64,000 bases of DNA, from the IMG/VR virus record IMGVR_UViG_3300011443_000001. One strand, written 5' to 3'. Made by a program: the position numbers and the translations under genes. A model generated the notes under the pieces. It saw only the letters and a program-made list of their open reading frames with translations. It ran no database searches and was not told where the DNA came from. The stretch comes from a virus. Positions 58,543 to 64,000 of this stretch are shown here, one piece after another; within the stretch, counting starts at the first letter, position 1; the number at the start of each line of letters is the position of its first letter.

Positions 58543-58742
58543 AAACAGAATTGGAAAAACAAATCGATGCCCGGTTTGCCGAAATGGGCTTTCCGGACCC
58601 TGACAACAAAGCCATCACGCCGGACTTGCGCGCGGAGATAGCGCGGCAGCTTGGGCTGTTCTACAACGGGCACACGCTCGTGGTTGACCGCCGGCAGCCG
58701 GGGCATTTGAAAATCTACGCGGTAACCCTTCAGGCCGAATGA
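58539..58742 (+). CDS. Hypothetical protein
   Basis: Coupled ORF. Confidence 0.55.
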   Translation: MKTELEKQIDARFAEMGFPDPDNKAITPDLRAEIARQLGLFYNGHTLVVDRRQPGHLKIYAVTLQAE

Positions 58743-58894
58743 AGACACTATCCTATTTGCTATTTCTGGTTTGTTTTATGTGCCTGGGCATTTCCTTTTG
58801 GCCTGCGGTGGCGCTGGTCTGGTTCCTCCGGCTCGAGGCAAAAACAGGGGTTGACAATTTGCCAAAACGCCACACTGGGAATAGTGATGAATAA
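58739..58894 (+). CDS. Small membrane protein (51 aa, not in ORF track)
   Basis: Hand-translated; ATGA overlap. Confidence 0.4.
   Translation: MKTLSYLLFLVCFMCLGISFWPAVALVWFLRLEAKTGVDNLPKRHTGNSDE
58851..58876 (+). promoter_or_regulatory. Short-spacer motif TTGACA-N14-CACACT-GGGAA
   Basis: Upstream of 58887. Confidence 0.7.
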
Positions 58895-59378
58895 CAACGT
58901 GATGGTTGGGCAGTTTTTGGTCGATGGTGCGCCGGTCACCGTCGAGGTTCCTTGCAACGGCGTAGGTGCCGAGGCGAAGGACGTATATAAGGCCCTGCTG
59001 GTTGAGGTGCGGAAGCTGTGCCCGGACGCGCAGACGGTCCGGCGCATCGGCAGCAAAATCGAGAAGCGCGACAAGGGCATTATCCGGTTGACCGAAGGCC
59101 AGACGGTGCGACAGCTTTTCCCGCAGAACGGCGACGAGAAATCGCTTTTCTTGAACGTGGGCCAAGTGTTTTTCCACGGGTCGGCTTGTGAAATTGTCCT
59201 GCGGTTCAGCCGCGGTCAGGACCGGGTTCACATCACGCTGCGTGACCGCCTGCGGGGCACGCCCGTGAACTTGACGGGTGGCTACATCCTGGGCGGCGCG
59301 CTCGCCGCCAACCTGGAACAGTCAATCACGAGCCTGCTGGGTTCCACGGCGCGGGACTTGAAGTTGCGCATCGAATGA
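58887..59378 (+). CDS. Hypothetical protein
   Basis: ATG 58887 after promoter-like motif 58851-58876. Confidence 0.65.
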   Translation: MNNNVMVGQFLVDGAPVTVEVPCNGVGAEAKDVYKALLVEVRKLCPDAQTVRRIGSKIEKRDKGIIRLTEGQTVRQLFPQNGDEKSLFLNVGQVFFHGSACEIVLRFSRGQDRVHITLRDRLRGTPVNLTGGYILGGALAANLEQSITSLLGSTARDLKLRIE

Positions 59379-59626
59379 AGTTTTGTTGCAACAAAATCTG
59401 TCGCTTTCACCTTGAATGCACAGATGACGCTAACCGATTACGGTATGTGGACGCTGTTCGTGAATTTGAGGGGATGGACGCTACAATTGAGGTTCGGCGT
59501 TTTAAGATTGTGGATAACAACGCGGGGCATTCGTATTGGTTTTGTGAAATCTGTGCGAATGCCGTTGCGATGGTAAACGAACCAAAACATGAGAACCGAA
59601 AAGAAGAAAAATCTAGTGGAGGTTGA
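59375..59626 (+). CDS. Cys-rich hypothetical protein
   Basis: CCNKIC...FCEIC. Confidence 0.55.
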   Translation: MKFCCNKICRFHLECTDDANRLRYVDAVREFEGMDATIEVRRFKIVDNNAGHSYWFCEICANAVAMVNEPKHENRKEEKSSGG

Positions 59627-59801
59627 ACCCCTCGGAAAAGTCCAGGTGGAGACGGGCCGATGCACTATCGTAACGATGGAAGACGGGCACCTGTCCGGCT
59701 GCGGCCGTAGTTTTGAAGAGGCGGTTGCGGCTCTGCGCCGCAACGTTGCCGTGGGCGCGGTAAACGCCCAGCGCGGCGCGAAGGGAGCGCAACCCAAGTG
59801 A
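59589..59801 (+). CDS. Hypothetical protein
   Basis: 70-aa ORF. Confidence 0.5.
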   Translation: MRTEKKKNLVEVEPLGKVQVETGRCTIVTMEDGHLSGCGRSFEEAVAALRRNVAVGAVNAQRGAKGAQPK

Positions 59802-60220
59802 ACACCGCCCACAACGACGAGCGCGCCTTGTCGCGCGTGCTGCATCTGACGCGCCAACAGCGCCGCGCGCTCGAGCGCAAGTCCGCCAAGCGCACGCCGT
59901 CCAAAATTTTTCCGACGCACTTTTCGGAGTCGTCATTTTTTGCGCGCCTTGAGAAACGCAGCATTGCGTATCTTGGTCGGCAACAATTGCGCCTCAAGCG
60001 GCTCCTGGCAAACTGTGACCGTCTCGTTTCTGAACACGGCGGACCGGATAGCGTGGTTGCCCGGCTGGTCATCCAGGACCGCGCCGTCTGGGAGCGGCAA
60101 CTCACTCTGGTTCATGGGGTTATAGTGAAACGCACCAAAATGCCCGCGAGACGAGATGCCCGGCCGCTGAAGGTTCAGCGGCAAAAAGTCAAAGCGGAAA
60201 TGGAAAAAAAGTGGAGCTGA
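59798..60220 (+). CDS. Basic hypothetical protein
   Basis: Coupled 140-aa ORF. Confidence 0.55.
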   Translation: MNTAHNDERALSRVLHLTRQQRRALERKSAKRTPSKIFPTHFSESSFFARLEKRSIAYLGRQQLRLKRLLANCDRLVSEHGGPDSVVARLVIQDRAVWERQLTLVHGVIVKRTKMPARRDARPLKVQRQKVKAEMEKKWS

Positions 60221-60231
60221 AAAATCAATCT

Positions 60232-60414
60232 ATGAACCCAGTTTTCTACCGAGAGTTGCGAGAAATTATTTTGTCGGCGAGACGCCGCGAGCAGACCTTG
60301 GAAGTCGCGCGCCGTTTTACCTGGACCGGCCGGCACATGGTTACGACCAGTGACGACCGCCCCCGTATACCCCAACCAAATTCCGATAATGAAATCGTCG
60401 GACCAACCTGTTAA
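60232..60414 (+). CDS. Hypothetical protein
   Basis: TAATG coupling to next gene. Confidence 0.45.
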   Translation: MNPVFYRELREIILSARRREQTLEVARRFTWTGRHMVTTSDDRPRIPQPNSDNEIVGPTC

Positions 60415-61409
60415 TGGCCATGAACAACTTTCAGGACCTACACAACCTAATCAAAACAATGAAAGAGACCGACCCACGCAACCGAATCAAAGAGATGAAA
60501 GACGCCGCGAGGGCACCCGCATGTCAGACCCCAACAGATATCCCGCCTGCCTTCACATCAACCCCGCCGGCGTTTGGCGCCGTGCTGCCTGGGCACCCTG
60601 GCAAGACTCAGAGTGGTTTGCCGAGTGGAAGCGGCTCGCTGGAATTACCTCCGCAAGTGAGCCCCTTGCGTATCTACATCCTCGGCCCGATGCGGGGACA
60701 TGACCAATACAATTTTCCCGCTTTCTATGCGATGGCGGAAAAGCTTTTGGCCGCGGGCTTTGACCCGGTGAACCCGGCGGACCTGGACCGCCAGGACGGT
60801 TTCCGAATTGAGTCATTGGACAGGGGCCACGACTTCACGAAGTATCCCGCGGGCATGGACGCGGAGCAAGTGGTGCGGCGTGACTTGGCCGCCATCATGG
60901 GCTGCGCCGGCTACGTCGCGCTTGCTGGCTACGAGAAGTCCAAAGGTGCGACCGCCGAGAAGTCGGTATTTGACTGGCGCTGCGCGAAGCGTCTGGTGTT
61001 GAATCCTGGCGGTCAGTTTGTGCAGGTGGCTAACGACCTCGCGCCTGAGAAGCCGACCAACCCCAAGGACATCGCCGGCTCCAAGAAACCCCCGCTGCGT
61101 TTGCTGCCCACGGTCGCGCTTCTGTATCTCTCGCGCGTGATGGCCTTAGGCGCCAAGAAGTATGGCGAGTGGAACTGGCGCGCTTCGAAGGTCCGCGCCA
61201 CCATCTACGACGAGGCCGCGTTGCGTCACATCTTCGCGCTACTCGACGGGCAGGACACGGACGAAGAGTCCGGGCTGCCGCACGAGGCGCACATTATGGC
61301 GTGCATGGCCATCAAGCTGGACGCGCAAGCGTGTGGCCAGCTTATCGACGACCGCAACAAGAGCGGCAACGTTCCCAATCTCATCAAACAACTCACCGAA
61401 AAATCGTAA
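60414..61409 (+). CDS. DUF4406 (NDT-like) domain fused to dATP/dGTP diphosphohydrolase domain
   Basis: RIYILGPMRG..YNFPAF...NPA...DL..I..C......W/YEKSKGA.AE; KKPPL.L...GAKKYGEWNWR......AALRH...D.ESGLPHEAH. Confidence 0.85.
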   Translation: MAMNNFQDLHNLIKTMKETDPRNRIKEMKDAARAPACQTPTDIPPAFTSTPPAFGAVLPGHPGKTQSGLPSGSGSLELPPQVSPLRIYILGPMRGHDQYNFPAFYAMAEKLLAAGFDPVNPADLDRQDGFRIESLDRGHDFTKYPAGMDAEQVVRRDLAAIMGCAGYVALAGYEKSKGATAEKSVFDWRCAKRLVLNPGGQFVQVANDLAPEKPTNPKDIAGSKKPPLRLLPTVALLYLSRVMALGAKKYGEWNWRASKVRATIYDEAALRHIFALLDGQDTDEESGLPHEAHIMACMAIKLDAQACGQLIDDRNKSGNVPNLIKQLTEKS

Positions 61410-62446
61410 TGAACAAGCTGGAAACCTCCCCAATCAATCACATCGCATTCGTTCTCGACGAGAGCGGGTCGATGGAAGACTTAGCCGACACTGTTGTGCG
61501 CGTGTTCGACGACCAAATCAAAACGCTGGCCAAGCGGTCCGTCGAACTGAACCAAGAGACACGCGTCTCGCTCTACACTTTCTCTGGCAGTGAAGTCCGG
61601 TGCGTGGTGTATGACAAGGACGTGCTGCGCTTGCCTTCACTTAAGGGCCATTATAGGCCCGGACACAACACACCGCTCATCACGGCGACCGTCAAAGCGC
61701 TGGAAGACCTGTTGCTTCAGCCGGAACTTTACGCGGACCATGCGTTCCTCGTTTACGTCATCACGGACGGCATCGAAAACGCGTCGGACGTTCCATCATT
61801 CGGCAAGCTGCCTTTGCTTTTTAATCGCACCAGGGCGAAGAAAAACTGGACGGTAGGCGCGTTGGTTCCCGACCGGCATGGCTTGCAGCGCTGTGTTGGC
61901 TTTGGTTTCGACCACGGCAATGTCATGGTGTGGGATGCCACGACCCGCAAGGGCTTGGAGGATGTCGGCGTGGCGATGACTGCCGCGACGGAAAGTTACA
62001 TGACACTGCGCTCGCAGGGCGTGCGTTCGACTACGTCGCTGTTCACCGCCCAGGTGACCGCGAAGCGGCAGGACGTGACCAAGGTTCTGAAGCCGGTCAC
62101 CAACCCGTATACGGTCTACACGCTGCCGACCACGGCGACGCGCGAGGCCATCAAGGACTTCGTCGAACGCCGCTCGCGCAAGGACTACGTGGTGGGCTCC
62201 GCTTTTTACCAACTGGTGAAAACGGAAACCATCCAGGCGAACAAGCGCATCTGTCTGCGCACGGTGCCCGACGGTCGTCTTTTCTCGGGCAACCTGGACG
62301 AAGTGCGCGGCGTGCTCGGCCTGCCGGCCGGCGGGGACATCAAAGTCGCGCCCGGTGAAATCAAGGACTTCGTGGTTTTCATCGAGTCCACGTCCGTCAA
62401 CCGCAACATTATCCCTGGCCAGGAAGTTCTGGTCATGAAACTGTAA
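61409..62446 (+). CDS. von Willebrand factor A domain protein
   Basis: MIDAS DESGS, NTPL, ITDGIEN. Confidence 0.85.
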   Translation: MNKLETSPINHIAFVLDESGSMEDLADTVVRVFDDQIKTLAKRSVELNQETRVSLYTFSGSEVRCVVYDKDVLRLPSLKGHYRPGHNTPLITATVKALEDLLLQPELYADHAFLVYVITDGIENASDVPSFGKLPLLFNRTRAKKNWTVGALVPDRHGLQRCVGFGFDHGNVMVWDATTRKGLEDVGVAMTAATESYMTLRSQGVRSTTSLFTAQVTAKRQDVTKVLKPVTNPYTVYTLPTTATREAIKDFVERRSRKDYVVGSAFYQLVKTETIQANKRICLRTVPDGRLFSGNLDEVRGVLGLPAGGDIKVAPGEIKDFVVFIESTSVNRNIIPGQEVLVMKL

Positions 62447-62724
62447 TGCCCTACATTCCACAAGACAATCGGACCGTTTACGACCTGGACATCGAGCGGC
62501 TGCTGGACACCATCGCTCGGCAGACTTTGGTGTCGCCGGGCGAGCTGAACTATATCATCAGTCGCCTCGTCTGGTCGCGCTTTAATGAGCGACCCAGCTA
62601 TACGCGGGCCAACGAACTGGTGGGCGTCCTCGAATGCGTGAAGGCCGAATTTATTCGGCGCAAGCTGAACGGATACGAAGACGGAAAAATTGCCGAGAAC
62701 GGCGACCTGAAGGAAGTTTTATGA
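62446..62724 (+). CDS. Conserved phage protein (DUF6899-like)
   Basis: MPYIPQ..R...PGELNY.I...G.LEC.K.E..RR....YED.KI.ENGD. Confidence 0.75.
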   Translation: MPYIPQDNRTVYDLDIERLLDTIARQTLVSPGELNYIISRLVWSRFNERPSYTRANELVGVLECVKAEFIRRKLNGYEDGKIAENGDLKEVL

Positions 62725-62930
62725 AGAAGCCTGAGGTTAAATTCACTCAAATCAAGCAACTTCCTGGGGTTGCGGATACGTATTCGTATCAGGTCCAGCT
62801 ACGAGTCGCCAATCAAACTTTCAACGTGGGCGGTGAACACAGCACGCGCCGCGAAGCCATGTGGTTCCGTCGGCAGCTCGTGACGGCGTTGCACAGTCTT
62901 GTTCAGAGTTTTGCTGTGGAGGACTACTGA
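62721..62930 (+). CDS. Hypothetical protein
   Basis: ATG 62721, coupled. Confidence 0.55.
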   Translation: MKKPEVKFTQIKQLPGVADTYSYQVQLRVANQTFNVGGEHSTRREAMWFRRQLVTALHSLVQSFAVEDY

Positions 62931-62933
62931 CGT

Positions 62934-63344
62934 ATGTTTAAGCGAATCAAAATCTGGCTCAGTAACAAGTTCAAATCCCGCGCGCAGCGTGACCGGGAGC
63001 GCGGGTATTATGACCGCCTGCCGTCCGTAAACGGGCTGGACCTGGATGAAATCAACGCGCGGATGGCCGGGCACAAGGCGTTTAAGGTCGTCACTTCGCG
63101 GCCCACGTCCGTCTGGGAGCGCTTCAGAACGTTTCGCCGGCGCTATGGCAAGTGGCCGAATCCGAAGGAACTGCTCGCTATTTTGGTTCCGTCGGAGTGG
63201 CTCGCGGAAAAGTTGTGGCCCAAGTGGGACCCTACAATGCCCAACGCGCTGGTGGCGCCCCGGGCCGGATACTACGACTGCGACACGGGACGCGTTTACG
63301 ACTGCAACCACAAGCTTATTCGCACCCGGCATCCCGGTGTTTAA
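62934..63344 (+). CDS. Hypothetical protein
   Basis: 136-aa ORF. Confidence 0.55.
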   Translation: MFKRIKIWLSNKFKSRAQRDRERGYYDRLPSVNGLDLDEINARMAGHKAFKVVTSRPTSVWERFRTFRRRYGKWPNPKELLAILVPSEWLAEKLWPKWDPTMPNALVAPRAGYYDCDTGRVYDCNHKLIRTRHPGV

Positions 63345-63687
63345 CCCCCATCGCAACGACCGTGAGCTGTGGTCATACCTCGTGGCCACCGCTTTTCATG
63401 TCCCGCCCTCGCCCCATCGCAATATCATTTTGACGGACCTGCGGGGGCTGCCGAAGACGGCCGCGCACTTTGGCGACTGTAGCGAGAACGGCCTAATCCG
63501 GCTCCGGTTGCGTCGGGCCAGCGGCCGGCGGCTCGAGCCTTATAACATCCTGGACACGCTGGCACACGAGCTGGCGCACCTGTCCTTCTGGGAACACACC
63601 GACCACTGGTTCCGGGAGCACCTGCGCATCCAGAGCCACTTCTTAAATCGTGGCATTTACGCGGATGTGTGTGGTTTGTGCCGTTGA
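63337..63687 (+). CDS. WLM/SprT-like zinc metallopeptidase
   Basis: G.C..NG.I.LRLR...ILDTLAHELAHL....H...F. Confidence 0.7.
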   Translation: MFNPHRNDRELWSYLVATAFHVPPSPHRNIILTDLRGLPKTAAHFGDCSENGLIRLRLRRASGRRLEPYNILDTLAHELAHLSFWEHTDHWFREHLRIQSHFLNRGIYADVCGLCR

Positions 63688-63709
63688 CAATTCGGACTTT
63701 TCCGCCACT
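63684..63709 (+). promoter_or_regulatory. Short-spacer motif TTGACA-N14-GCCACT-TCTT
   Basis: Upstream of 63724. Confidence 0.65.
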
Positions 63710-63723
63710 TCTTATGCAAGAAC

Positions 63724-64000
63724 GTGAAAACAATTCTAGCCCTCCTTCTGGCGGCAACGACCCTGTTTGCCGGCGACCCGACATCAATTCCGCTCCCGCC
63801 CCCGCCAGCCCAGACAGTGCTGACTTGGGACGAAGCGCTGACGGCGATAAGCCGCCGGCTTCACTACTGCCCGCCGGACCAGTTATTGCTCGGCCCGGAG
63901 GACGCCTACTACACGTCGCCGTCGCAGGAGCAAATCAACGACCTGATGGTCTTCTTCAAGGCGCGTCGGGAGATGGTGCCGTGGCTGGAGGAAGTTTTCG
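63724..64000 (+). CDS. Secreted protein, truncated by window end
   Basis: GTG start, signal peptide MKTILALLLAATTLFA, open to the end. Confidence 0.6.
   Translation, partial: MKTILALLLAATTLFAGDPTSIPLPPPPAQTVLTWDEALTAISRRLHYCPPDQLLLGPEDAYYTSPSQEQINDLMVFFKARREMVPWLEEVF

Noticed and set aside
60414-61409. Z-genome (2-aminoadenine) system
   Set aside because: No PurZ or HD dATPase visible in the window; the diphosphohydrolase family alone is not diagnostic

Overview
The window is about 64 kb of a tailed dsDNA bacteriophage genome (podovirus-like gene set; host not determinable, and the genome probably extends beyond the window because no DNA polymerase, primase or endolysin is visible). Layout: + strand accessory block at 74-6546 (sigma-70-like factor, RuvC-like resolvase, metallophosphoesterase, secreted proteins, GT-B glycosyltransferase). 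Long - strand morphogenesis block at about 6.5-49.6 kb (TerL, portal, scaffold, a 5-gene glycan cluster with GDP-fucose synthase and a sulfotransferase, major capsid, collagen-like fibres, tail tube proteins, ejection proteins including a 2091-aa polyvalent protein, a tRNA-Met(CAT) followed by about 380 nt of strongly structured non-coding sequence, a serine recombinase). + strand early/replication block at 49.9-64 kb (many small ORFs, MazG-like, SNF2 helicase, DUF4406-dNTP diphosphohydrolase fusion, vWA). The most striking observations are: (1) a nicotianamine-synthase-like (SAM aminocarboxypropyl transferase) domain inside the giant putative ejected protein; (2) 11 copies of a promoter-like motif TTGACA-N14(15)-nnCACY with an abnormally short spacer, matching a phage sigma factor that keeps the -35 reader but has altered -10 reader residues; (3) a candidate new structured ncRNA downstream of the tRNA; (4) a fucose/sulfate glycosylation cluster inside the head operon of a phage rich in Gly-Pro-Thr collagen. 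All family assignments are from motif recognition by eye; no database search was run.
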